NCBI GenBank assembly: GCA_905178155.1
Contig: CAJINV010000004.1
Span: 9,524,625 to 9,588,624, forward strand
Direction: 5' to 3'
Length of the DNA stretch: 64,000 bases
Source: Amoebophrya sp. A120
Taxonomy: Eukaryota > Protista > Dinoflagellata
Position numbers and translations under genes: made by a program
Part shown: positions 26,044-37,532 of the stretch, one piece after another
Numbering within the stretch: the first letter of the stretch is position 1
Layout of the letters: each line of letters starts with the position of its first letter
The notes under the pieces: model-generated
Databases searched by the model: none
Told to the model about the DNA's origin: nothing
Seen by the model: only the letters and a program-made list of their open reading frames with translations

Positions 26044-29000
26044 ATGATGGGCCTCAGTGAGCCCGGTGGCGGCTCCAATAGCTCCACCGCGGACAAGTAC
26101 GACCCGATAGACACGTTGATGAAATGCAAGTCCACAATCCGGCAGCTCAACAGCGAATTAGAAAAGGAGAAAGCGGACCATGCGAAATTGAAGCGGGAGG
26201 TATCATTTGTAAAAACGTCCCCACCCCAGAGTCAAGATGGGAATTCTGCAACACAGATCCAGAAGTTTTGGGAGTGACGCATGACAAGTTTTTCTCTCTA
26301 CAGTAATGCGGGTTAGCAAGGGCAACCGCATCATAAAACCAGCCTGGTATCCTGTTTACAGCATCACAAAGTGCATTACACGATTGAAAATGTCTCTCAT
26401 TGGGATACGCATTACAAGCATTCCTGTAATTGTAATTCTGCCTGACAACTCTGAGGTGGGGACGTTTTTACACAGGATAGGAGGCTACCATCGTCGGCAA
26501 GGAGCTCGTGGAATTGAAGGGAAAGGTGGCCACGTTGGAAAACGAGAAAGAAAAATGGCGAGGGACGTACTTATTTGATTTCTCGTGCATGTCATGCTTT
26601 ATTTTCATATGCGTATCATCATCTACATCTTCCATATTCGTGCTGTGTGTGTCCATACAGGAATGTAGTTGGCTTTGTCATGCATACTCACGAAAACCGA
26701 AACCGTGTCAGGTACACCGAGCTTGAAAAGGTAAAAAACGAGCTGCAAGTCGCGAAACGCGAGTTGGCTGACACGAGGAAACAGGCGGCTGCAAATGCAC
26801 AGGGACTAGGTGGTGTGTCCTCACCCGGGGCCGGCGGCGGAGATCTGTTAAAGAAATACCAGGCGTCACAGGAAAGGGTACTGCTTACTAGTACTAGTAC
26901 TGAAACATCATGCAACTTCTCCGAAATAACGCATGCGGATCGCGCAAACAGTCTGGATAGATAAATGTCCCATCATGCAGCTACGGGAAAGTGCAAATTA
27001 ACACGCGGCAAACTAGTAATAGAACGTACACAACCGCCCAACTACCAGGTGTCCCAGCTGGAAGCGCAGAAGCAAACTTTGGAGGAGCTGTATTAAAAGA
27101 AAAAATGCGCCCACGCCGGATGCTTCAAAAATTTGTGATGCAAAGTTTCCAAATGAAAACTTTTTGTCTTGCATGAAAGGACTCTGAATCTTTCCGATGC
27201 AGAATCTAAGCGAGTAAGGCGTCTTTTACATGACAGGCTCGGCTGCTGCTGGGCTCTTACGCAACACAAGTTTTAGCTTTCCGCATTGTGATGCTGATAT
27301 ATGCAAGACAGGGAATGTTTCTAGTGGAAAGGTTTGCAAGACAAACTTGCCAAATTATGTGGTAGGGGCATGTTTTATTGTAATAAGCTGAAGGACCGGC
27401 TTTTGGAGGACGTAAAATACTTGGAGGATCGCAGTGCGCAGTACGATATCCTGTGCAAAAGTATCGTACTCGTATTGCAATCATGCATTACAAGTTTTTT
27501 CCTTAGGGTAAATCCGCATTACAAATGTCATTTCTCATGCTGAGAAATTTGTAATGCATTTATACGAATACGATACTTTTGCAGTTCATATACGAACTCA
27601 CCGTAAACCCCATCGTGAATCGGCAAAAGCAGGCAATATTGCAGCTCGAAGAGAGAATACAACAGTTAGAAGAGCACTGCCATCAAGTGGAGGGGAGACG
27701 TATTGATTTATGCTGTTGAGCTAGTATCGCTTTCGTTTTTACATCGGGAAGTTTACAAAGCATGAGCAAGCTCCTACTACTTGTTTATGTTTCCGCCCCG
27801 AATTATATCAAACAGTCCAACACGAGCGCGAAACACTTCGTGATTACTACGAGCAAGAGATTTTAGACCTCCGCGAAGACTACGAGCACCGCAAGCAGAA
27901 ACTCCAGCTGGAACACGATGACCACAAGCAAAACCTCGAGGAGGAAAAGCAGCGGAAGCACAAGGAGTGCGAGGAGCAGGTGCTTGCCGTCGTATCAAAT
28001 GCAAAAATGTTTCGGCCTGGAAAAGTCGGGGTTTGTCATGTACATTTTGCATGACCCGTGACGTCTGTGATGCAAACCCTAGCATCACAGATTTTTCAAG
28101 AGCTTCTTGATGCTTACCACGCATGAGAAACGCCCTCTCCGCGTGCCAAGAACTGGATTTCTCTTGCTGCTCATGCAACACAGCTATTTTTAGAATCCGC
28201 AGACAGCATTACAAGTTCCACTCTACTTCCAGACCCAGCCATTTTTGCATTTGATACGTCGAGCGGTTGTACGAGAAGGCGCGGGAGGAGTATGCATTGC
28301 AAAAGCACTTCACTAGCAGAAATCGCATGACAAATTCGCTCAGCATGAGAACTGGAATTTGTAATGCGGATTTACCTTCAGAATAAGACTTGTGATGCAT
28401 CAAAAACGAGATTAGTGCTAGTGCGGTACTTTTGCAACGCATAGAGAGCACGGCAAGCTGAAAGAGGAGCACCACGACAGCCACGCGGAGAAGGACCGGC
28501 ACATAGCGGATTTGGAGAACAAACATCTAAACGAAAAGCACGAGTTGCATAAGGAGAAGGAGTCCATAAAAAGCGACCTGCTCAACGCCGAGCAGAAACT
28601 GCAGCAGGCCAACGAAGCGCTGTCCATCCGCACCAAGCTGCACGACGCGAAGCACGAGGAATCGGTGCGATTGTCGCAGCACGTGGAGCATTTGGAGGGA
28701 AAGCACGAGGAGAAGGTGAATGCGATCACGTGCTTGCAAGGGGAGAAGAAGGAATTGAACAAGCGGATTGAGGTACGTATAGCACTGGTAGGTGGAGGTG
28801 CGTGTTGATCTTGATGAAATTTTTGATCGAAGAACAGAGATCTTTTCATTTGATTCGATACGCTGTTCTTACGTCTGCGAGGAACAGCGTTAGAATCAAT
28901 TCTGCTACCTCTCTACATCACAGCTCTTGGAGCGTTTGAACGAGAAGCACGAGCGCAGTAGTAAGACGGTGGTCAGGCAATTGGAAGCGGAGGTGCTCCA

Positions 29001-29679
29001 GTTAAAAACGAGTCTCGAGAAGTCGGAGCAGAAAAACGACGAGGGCAGAAGGCTTCTCTACGACCACCACAAGCTCCAGATGCAGCACAAAGAGCTCACC
29101 GCGTTGCTCGACCAAGTCAGAAAAGACACGCAGGACAAGTACGAAAACGTGATCACGAAGCTCTCCCAGCAAAACACGAAGTTGAAGCGGGAAAGTGCAA
29201 CTTTAGCCGCGAATTTGAATCATCATCTGGTCGACCGCGATATTGTCGGCGGAAGCAATCAGTATTCCTCGCCCGGAAAAAGGAGGTCGTCCTCCAGTAG
29301 GTACAACGATGATTACTACACGCCGAGCAACTACGACAGGAACTACAATGCGAATGATTTTTTGGCAGAGAAATCCAACCCGCGGTCAAGCAAAAGCCTG
29401 CGGAACCCGAGGGTAGTGGATTTAGAGCCCAGTAGCGGAATGAATAATGGAAACTCTTCCTCCGAACAGGACCAACACGTGGTGATCATAAAGCGCTCGC
29501 CCAAGGGCTCGAAGCGCTCATCTACCACAACGAGCGGTCGGGCTTTCAACTCGCCAGCAATGCCAGCTGCGGGACAACGGGAGGGACGGTCGTCGGGGAC
29601 GAGTCGAGGTAGTAGAGTGGTCTTGTCCGATGATCCCCTGTACCGAGCCGACCACTACTTTCGACCGATCGGCAGGTGA
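26044..29679 (+). CDS. Coiled-coil protein (multi-exon, 5 introners)
   Basis: E/K/L/Q-rich heptad-like exons from MMGLSEPGG to the last exon 28927-29679. Confidence 0.75.
26201..26479. mobile_element. Introner, family G
   Basis: TATCATTTGTAAAAACGTCCCCACCCCAGAGT...ACTCTGAGGTGGGGACGTTTTTACACAGGATA; DR GGAGG. Confidence 0.9.
27091..27385. mobile_element. Introner (aged TIR)
   Basis: TATTAAAAGAAAAAATGCGCCC...GGGGCATGTTTTATTGTAATA; DR AGCTG. Confidence 0.8.
27447..27590. mobile_element. Introner, family A (reverse orientation)
   Basis: TATCCTGTGCAAAAGTATCGTACTCGTA...TACGAATACGATACTTTTGCAGTTCATA; DR TACGA. Confidence 0.9.
27993..28256. mobile_element. Introner, family E
   Basis: TATCAAATGCAAAAATG...TTCCAGACCCAGCCATTTTTGCATTTGATA; DR CGTCG. 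Confidence 0.9.
28291..28443. mobile_element. Introner, family A (aged)
   Basis: TATGCATTGCAAAAG...CTTTTGCAACGCATA; diverged DR AGGAG/GAGAG; frame restored (REE|HGK). Confidence 0.8.
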
Positions 29680-30476
29680 TTTTCGGTTGTTCGAGGTGGG
29701 GCTTTGCAGAAATTGTTGCCTGCTGTTTGCACCGAAATTAAAGAGTATCTTGAGTAACGTAAACTGAACAGTACCTGTTAGCACATTTCTTTGGTGGAAC
29801 ACACACTTTGAATCAGAGTCGACCGTCGAGTGCCATTCTTTGTTTTCAATCTTTCGTACAGTTTCAAGCAACAAACTTTCTCAAAAAACTAAATACCAAG
29901 TAAGCACAATCACACCGATGACCACTTGTAAATGATTTGTCTTTGTCGCCGTCTTATGTACAATATTGGTGCGCTGTTAGAGCATGTGACTGTACAATGC
30001 AACATGAAAATGTTCCTAAAAAAACACGAATTGATCTGACTTTTCTGTAACTGTATGTCGTTTGGAAGCTCGCGCGAAGCTCTAACCTGAGTCATCTACT
30101 CCCCATGCCTGCAGCTTTGGCAAAACGAGACCACGATAATGGTTCAACTTGTTATTTCTCGTTTAATAGGAGTTTCGTTTTTTCGTTCTTTTCTGAACGG
30201 ATTAAGATAAAAAAGTAGCCGCATCTTCGTTATTGAGTTTGAAACAAGAACTACGGAGTGCAAGTTTGTTTTCGGTGGATCGACGCGAATTAGAACAGAC
30301 ACGGATGAAGATGTGTGATCGAGATCTGCCCCGCCACTCCTACGGCGTGCAGCCACGTGCATGACAGAGAATCCAAACAAAACAGTTCTGCAACTTGCTG
30401 GTAGCACAGGCGTCTGAACCAGCCTGCTATTCTTGTTTTGCGAACTCAATGTCGCATCAACTAAAACGACTGCAAA

Positions 30477-33400
30477 ATGTCCGCCTTGAGCCAAAAGCCA
30501 ACACCCGTTGATGAGACTCGGACTACACTCGCTTCGTCCACGAAGGACAGCACTTTGAATCCGGATTACACCGCGGAGCATTTCAATTTCCAACCAGACC
30601 GACTAGGCGTCGGATTCCAACCCGCCGACCGCTCCTCCCTGACTGCCCGTGAGTCTTTGGATAACATTTCCGCGATTCCCTTCTCCCCGCCTGGGTCAGC
30701 GAGAAGCAGCGGAGGGCCTGGAGTGGGATTAAACTCAAGCGCGGAACGACGCGGTGGCGATCATACCAGTGGCCCACTAATGTTTGCGCCGATGGCCGGT
30801 GCAGCCGGCAGTTGCGCAACCGGCGCGACAGCAGCGTGTACGGATGCCGTGGCGGGAGCCGCTGCGACACTGTTCCAGACATCGAATGGCGTCGTGAGAG
30901 ATAATAATAGTGCAACAGGAACTGATTTTCATCATCCTGCAAACCCTGGCGGTGCTACGTCCTCATCGTCGTTTCCGCGGCCTCGCGACGTAATCACCAC
31001 CCCAGTTACGACGACCGCTAACAACTCCGCATTTTACAACCCGCAGTATTCGCGCGGGAGCGGTGACAGAGGAAATAATAACCTGATGTTCAGCGCAAAT
31101 AGGTATAACGAGCCCGCAACCTCCTCCTCCAGCAGCGTTCGCCGGGCGGGGGCGAGAAGTGGCGGAATGACTACTTTTGGTGGTAGTACCGGTGGTCCCT
31201 CTCCTATCGCCAGTCTGAATTATGCGCGATCGCCTCTGGACGGAGGGGGCGGTGGAGGTACTATATCAACTGTAAAAATGTCTGGGTCTGGAAGAATCCA
31301 ACTTGTCATGCTAAATCTGAAGCATGCAAAAATCTGTGTTGCATGATTGCCAAAAGTCGCCCAGTTTTGACCAAATCGGGAGGCAGTTTCTCATGCAGGA
31401 TAGGCATGAGAAAGATCGCACAGAATCTGTCATGCTAGGCCCTGCATTCCAGACCTCATGGGTCATGGAAAAGCTGCATGACAAGTCGCGCACTCTTCCA
31501 GACCCAGACATTTTTACATTTGATATACTACAGCAGGCAGCCATCTACTTGCACATCAATCGGGTGACAACAACTTCAATTTGCAGCATCTGAACACTTC
31601 AACGACGTCTTCTTTCCTGAACCGCAGCGTTTTCAACACCAGCATAGCCGTCGGCTCCCCCGGAAGCACCGATATCCTGTGCAAAAGTATCGTACTCGTA
31701 GGAATTCTTGCAATCATGCATTACAAATTTTTTTGTGAAGCTAAATCCGCATTACAAATTTTATTTCTCATGCTGGGGAAATTTGTAATGCATCTATACG
31801 AGTACGATACTTTTGTAGTGCATAACCGATGCGGTGTTGCAAAAATGCCGAGATACGCTCGAGCTGCAGGCGAGAGAACTGGAACGAGAGAGGAACGAGA
31901 AATTGGAAGCAAGAAAACAGAAGAATGAGGCGGAAGCGGCGCTGCAACAGGAGAAATCCGCGCACCAATTGCTGCGCGCTCGGTACTATGAACTGCAAAA
32001 GTATCGTACTCGTATAAATGCATGGCAAATTTTCTCAGCATGAGAAATAAAATTTGTAATGCGTATTTGACTTAACAAAAAGACTTGTGATGCATGATTG
32101 CAATACGAATACGATACTTTTGCAATGCATAAATACGCAGAATCGGAAAACACGGATAACGTGCAGCGGAAACACTACGAAAGCCTCAGAATGGAAATCC
32201 TTAAAGTGGAAATGATTTGTGATGCATGAAATGCACGGCAAAAAAGACTGTATTGCAGAGGACACAATGAAGACCGACTATTGTCCTGCTAGGGGTTCTT
32301 TCAGAATTGGGCTGCTGATTAGCACGAGAGAAGTGCACCCCTTTGCCTACCTAGCATGACAGACATGCAGCTTCGAGTGCCCGACTAGAAATGGCGCTTC
32401 AACTGGAGTCGTTTTTTTGCATTACCACTTTGCGGATTTCCGATCTGAGGCTTTCATAAACACTACGAGGAGCAAATAAACAGCCTGGAAAAGAAACTTG
32501 ATCTTGCGCGGAAGGAACAGCAGCAGACCAGCACGCAGCTGACGTTGAACTCCACAGAGTTGAGCTCTTTGCGCGGCGTAGAGGAAAGACACCAGAAGAC
32601 GCAAGCGCAGCAGGCAGTTTTGCAGGCGAAGATCGAGACGCTGCTGCGGGAGAAAGAGGATTTGCAGGAAAACTCGCAGAAGCTGCAGCTGGAAGTGTAT
32701 GTGGATATTGTGCTTTTAGAGTGGTTTCGCTTTTCCTCGTGTTGCGAAGATGAGCTGTGTTTTTTGTCTGCATATACCATAGATCAACTTGTTGTCTCTT
32801 GTTCACACATGCAGCATACAAAACATCAAAGCCTCTAAAAATATTTCAACCTCAGTACCTCCCTCGAGCACAAGTTGACACAAGTCGGCTTTGAAGCGAG
32901 TCAATACGAGGGGCGTTGCGACGATATCCTGTGCAAAAGTATCGTACTCGTATTGCAATCATGCATCACGAATCTTTCTCTTAAGGTAAATCAGCATTAC
33001 AAATTTTATCCCTCATGCTGAGGAAATTTGTAATGCATTTATACGAGTACGATTGTTCTACTTTTGCAATTCATAGACGAGAAGACGCAGCGACTGCAGC
33101 AAACGGAAGAAACGCTCGCGCGGACGCGATCGAGAATAAGTATTTTGGAGCAGCAGGTGCAGATGGAACGGGAACGGACGCAGATGCTGGAGGACAAAAG
33201 GGAGAAAGAGTTACTACAGATGAAGGAGGAGCTCCGGTTGGACTACGAACAGAAAATCCGGTCGGCGGAGGTGGAAAAATCGCATCTCATGGAGGCCAAG
33301 GAGGAAGTATCAAATGCAAAAATGTCTGGGAGATTTGTCATGCAGTTTTTCCAAGCGCCCCCACGTCTGGAATGCAGGGCCTAGCATCACGGGCTCTGCA

Positions 33401-35745
33401 GCTCCTTGGTAATGCGTATTCTGCATGAGAAATGCCCTCTCAGCATGGCCAGAAGTGGGCACCTTTTGCACGTTATGCATCACAGAGCTTTGTAGGATCC
33501 GCAACAAGCATCACAAGTTCGAATCCTTCCAGACCCAGACATATTTGCATTTGATAGGAAGCCCGGAAGCACGATTTGGAAGCCGCCACGGAAAAAGGGC
33601 ACCGTATCCTGTGCAAAAGTATCGTACTCGTAGTAATTGCAGTTATGCATTACAAATCTCTTTCTTAAGGCAAATCCGCATTACAAATTTAATTTGTAAT
33701 GCTGACCCAATTTGTATTGCAATTTATACTAATACGATACTTTTGCAATCCATACACCGCGTGGAGAAACAACTACTGCTCAGGATCAAGGTATCAATGA
33801 GAATGACGCTTCGGACGTGTTTTTCATGCCGATGCCGGTAGGTTTTCCTTTTCTGCATTGTTTTTGCGCAATAAATATTGCTCGTCTGTCATGCTCAACA
33901 ACCTTTCCCGCTACACGAATTCTGTATTCAAAACCACTTTGCTCACCAGGACCTCGAACTCCAGCTGGACCACTCCAACCGCGACCGTGCCCGCCTCGAG
34001 GAAAGCTTCCGCAACCACGGGAGCCAGGCGCAAACCAAAATCGAGCAGACATCGCAGGAACTGAATGAAATTGCGAGGCACTACGAGGTTTTGCAGCACG
34101 CGCATACCGAGTTGAAAAAGCAGTTTTCGGAGAACCAGAAGTCTCGTTCCGAAGACGTCACACAGCTGCAGCAATCGTTGCACGACGTCACCGCGAAGCT
34201 GCACACCTTGGAGGAAGAAAAACGGCACATGGCGATGCGTGAGCAGGAACTGCAGAGGCACCACTTGGTGGAGCTCGACATGCGGGGGCAGGAACAGCAC
34301 CGCCTGCAGAAGGTGATCGACGAGCGGAGAGTCGAGTATGAGGAAAATTTGAAGAAGATCGAAGAGTCCAGCGAGATCATCCGGAAGGAGCTCCAGTCCA
34401 AGTGCGGGGAATTGGACCAAACGCGGCACCAACTGACCGAGGTCGAGAAGGGAAAGGACTTGCTCGTGGTCGACGAATCGCGGGCGCGGTGGGATCTGGA
34501 ACGGAAATGCGAGAACTTGACCGAGCAGTTCGCAAACAAAGAAAAGGAAATGCAGGTAGAAGTACTAGGGCATTCTCTTGAAAAAGGGCAGCGGCTCTGT
34601 TTTTATGGGTGGATGATTTTTGTGGCGATAGCCAGTGAAGTGATGAAAGTTCTTGCAACGACAACAAAATAGCTCAATCACACTACGCCCTTCAGGTCAC
34701 TATCGAGGGTCTGAAGGTTCGCTGGGACGTTGAGCGCTCGGAGCTCCGTCAATTTTACGAGCGGAAGATCGACTCCTTGCAACAGAAAGTGCAAGATTTG
34801 CGCACCGAGTCGACGGAAGTCCGGAAGATGATCGTCGGCGCGGCCGCAGACTTGTACAATTCCTACTCTTCGGATTTGAATCAACTGACGTCCACCGCTG
34901 GCGGTGGTGCAACTGGAACTGCCGCGCAGAATAGCAATCTCCCTCCGGGTGGAGCAGGTGTTGTTCCGCAGCATCTCGTCTCACAATCGCAAGTAAGAGG
35001 GAAAAATAATTCTCGACCAGTACCAGCCTCTCCCTCCACTCCCTCCGACGCGCCGACGCAGCCACAGGTACAACTCATGAGCGGAACAGCGGGCCCTTTA
35101 TCTAGTAACGCGACGAGCTCCAGAGGAGCAACTGCTGGTGGTGTTCCGCCGCTAGCAGGAGAAGTCAGAGGTGGTGCAAATAGCTTTTACCAAGAGCCTC
35201 CCCGCAACGAGGACCAAATAAGGAGTGACCAGATGCGAGTCGTGTTTCGTGGTCCCGGGAGCAGTAGTTCCTCTTCGGCGGGTGGTCGTTATAACCAGCA
35301 GCAAAGGACGGACCATCGACAGCAGCCGCAGCAAGACGACAACTACCGTCATGACATCAATCGCAGTAGACAAGATCACGAAGTACCCAACCAGCGAACC
35401 CAGCGTCCGGAAGTCCTCGCGCAGCCAGCAAACACCCGGCACGAGAGGTTACTCTCGGGTGACAGCGTTGCTTCCTATCAACAGCAGCAGCAGCAGTCCA
35501 GCATCGTCCCCGAGCACTGGCGCCGGTCAGTCGAGATGGCCGCGGGTGGAAGTGATCGACGACATCAAATAAACTACAAGCACATGTTGACGGCTGAAGA
35601 AGCGGAATCAGCAAGACAGAGTGCGGAGTCAGCGAAGTTTAAGTCGATGTTTGACCAGAACGATCAGGCTTTTCAGGAGCGGTTTCAAAAAATCGTGGAC
35701 GACAATGCGTATTTGATGGTCAATCATCCGCAGCGAACAAGATGA
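30477..35745 (+). CDS. Large protein with low-complexity termini and central coiled coil (7 introners)
   Basis: ORF segments 30477-31263, E/Q/K-rich exons 31830-34555 and last exon to 35745, joined across elements and GT-AG introns. Confidence 0.75.
31264..31525. mobile_element. Introner, family E (reverse orientation)
   Basis: TATCAACTGTAAAAATGTCTGGGTCTGGAAGA...TCTTCCAGACCCAGACATTTTTACATTTGATA; DR TACTA. Confidence 0.9.
31673..31824. mobile_element. Introner, family A (reverse orientation)
   Basis: TATCCTGTGCAAAAGTATCG...CGATACTTTTGTAGTGCATA; DR ACCGA. Confidence 0.9.
31987..32131. mobile_element. Introner, family A
   Basis: TATGAACTGCAAAAGTATCG...CGATACTTTTGCAATGCATA; DR GGTAC/AATAC. Confidence 0.85.
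32176..32458. mobile_element. Introner / non-canonical intron
   Basis: TACGAAAGCCTCAGAATGGAAATCC...GGATTTCCGATCTGAGGCTTTCATA; DR AACAC; joins RKH|YEEQ. Confidence 0.85.
32925..33075. mobile_element. Introner, family A (reverse orientation)
   Basis: TATCCTGTGCAAAAGTA...TACTTTTGCAATTCATA; DR GACGA. Confidence 0.9.
33308..33556. mobile_element. Introner, family E
   Basis: TATCAAATGCAAAAATGTCTGGG...CCCAGACATATTTGCATTTGATA; DR GGAAG. Confidence 0.9.
33605..33754. mobile_element. Introner, family A (reverse orientation)
   Basis: TATCCTGTGCAAAAGTATCG...CGATACTTTTGCAATCCATA; DR CACCG. Confidence 0.9.
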
Positions 35746-36328
35746 CAGCACAGCTGCTTTTTCGCAAATAACGGTTTTTTTGAACTGCTCCAATAAACCG
35801 GAACTTTTTCTTGCCCTTTTTGCTCACGTGCATAGAGACCACGTCCGTGTGACAGACTCGCCTGTATGTTGTACGAGACCTCTTTTAGTTCTTAAGAACC
35901 ACTCCCCACGACTGCGTCGCGGGGCAAGGCTGATTTGAATTGCTGCTGGGCCAAATTTGAAGCTATTGTCTGCAGGTGCTTTCTGAGTGGTTAGTGAAAA
36001 CAGGAACAGGTAGTCATAGTGGACGTCGTCCGCGCCCTGTCTCACTAACCAAGCTCCAGGCAGCAGTCACTTAAATGCCAACATGAAGCAAAAAAGAGAA
36101 AAAGAAAATCCGACTTCTCGTCCAGGGCAGGGCATTTACCACAGGCGAAAAAATGCCTTTCAGATGCAGAGAGCAGCACAGACCCAGGCCTCTGCAAGGA
36201 ATGTTGTAAACGCAGGCGCCATGTGCTTTGTTGTGATGCGCGACACAAACAGCAGCAGCGCCTTGTAGGCGAGCAGGAAGACAGCGCGCGCCAGCGCTTG
36301 TCGGAATGTTTGACGTTTTAGCAGACTA

Positions 36329-36839
36329 GCTGCAGACTCTTCAGAAGCTTTTGAGTCTTCAGAAGAAGCTACAGAAGATGACCTCCAGAAGGTCGAAGCT
36401 TCTGAAGAATACGAAAAAGCGCAAGCATAAAGTTGCCGCATTGGAGAAAGATTTGAAAAACCTTCTGAAAATTTTCAGTCTTCTGAAGGTTGGCCAAAAT
36501 CGCGACACTTTGCAGCTTTCTTTTGTCGAAAAAGTCGGGAAGTCTTCTGAAGGTCAAAAAAATGCGACCTTCTGAAGCTTTTTAACCTTCAGAAGATTTC
36601 AAAACGGTCATTTTTCACCTTCTGAAGGTTTTTTTGCTCATTTTCCATTTTTTTCTTCTGAAGGTCAAAAAAAACCTTCTGAAGGCGTGACCTTCAGAAG
36701 AAAAAAACGCTCACGGTTAAACCGATGGTATGCTTGCTCAAAAAAACGAGGCTTTTTTCCATTTCTTCTGAAGGTTTCACTGATGATTTTGGACCTTCAG
36801 AAGACCTTCAGAAGAAAAAGCTTCTGAAGGTTCAGCAGC
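36329..36839. repeat. Intergenic array of palindromic CTTCWGAAG motifs with imperfect inverted ends
   Basis: About 15 exact CTTCAGAAG/CTTCTGAAG copies plus variants. Ends GCTGCAGACTCTTCAGAAGCTTT / AAAGCTTCTGAAGGTTCAGCAGC. Confidence 0.7.
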
Positions 36840-37149
36840 AATTTTGAGGAGCCTTCTCCTTATAGTTATTAGATTAAATTCATGATAAAACCGTTTCGAT
36901 TCCAGTACAACTCAGCTGTTCCAGGAACACGGAGCTGATGTCGTGTGTTCGTGTGCAAGTTTGAACGTAACATTCGGATCTTCGTATTAGCTACGGTCCC
37001 ACGAAAATGAGCTCAACCATTTCGATTTCGTAAACAAGCGCTGCTCGTCCGATTATACATCCGCGATCCAAGACCCAAAACGGCAACCAAGAAGATCTCC
37101 ATCTCCCACCGAGTTCCCCGCACATCGCTAACGCTACCGTCCACCACCT

Positions 37150-37395
37150 ATGGTCCTGAACGGTCTATTGGTTTGCGCCGTGTGTGCGGGTGGCGCCTAC
37201 GTGAATCGGGACCAACTGCGCCCGTACTGGGACCGGTTTGTGGGTTTGTGGCTGGCGCAGAACGACGGGTGCCTGCACATGCTCGTGCAGTGTGTGGACA
37301 AGGCGGGCGAGAAGTTTGAGCAGATGACCGGCGTGAATCTCGGCCGCGACGACTTGCCGCCGCCACAACGCACGGTTGCGAGGAACGCTTCCTAG
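37150..37395 (+). CDS. Small hypothetical protein with hydrophobic N-terminus
   Basis: 81-aa ATG ORF with coding-like GC3; MVLNGLLVCAVCAGGAY. Confidence 0.55.
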   Translation: MVLNGLLVCAVCAGGAYVNRDQLRPYWDRFVGLWLAQNDGCLHMLVQCVDKAGEKFEQMTGVNLGRDDLPPPQRTVARNAS

Positions 37396-37532
37396 GACAA
37401 TGACATCAAGGACATCGACATGCTGTACTAGTTGCAGGAGAAAATAAGACGAGCTAGCACAGTTTGTTTTTTTTTCGCGCCGTCGAAGCTCTTCTTCATT
37501 CTGCGGGCCGTGTAGCGGAAACGAAAATAAAA

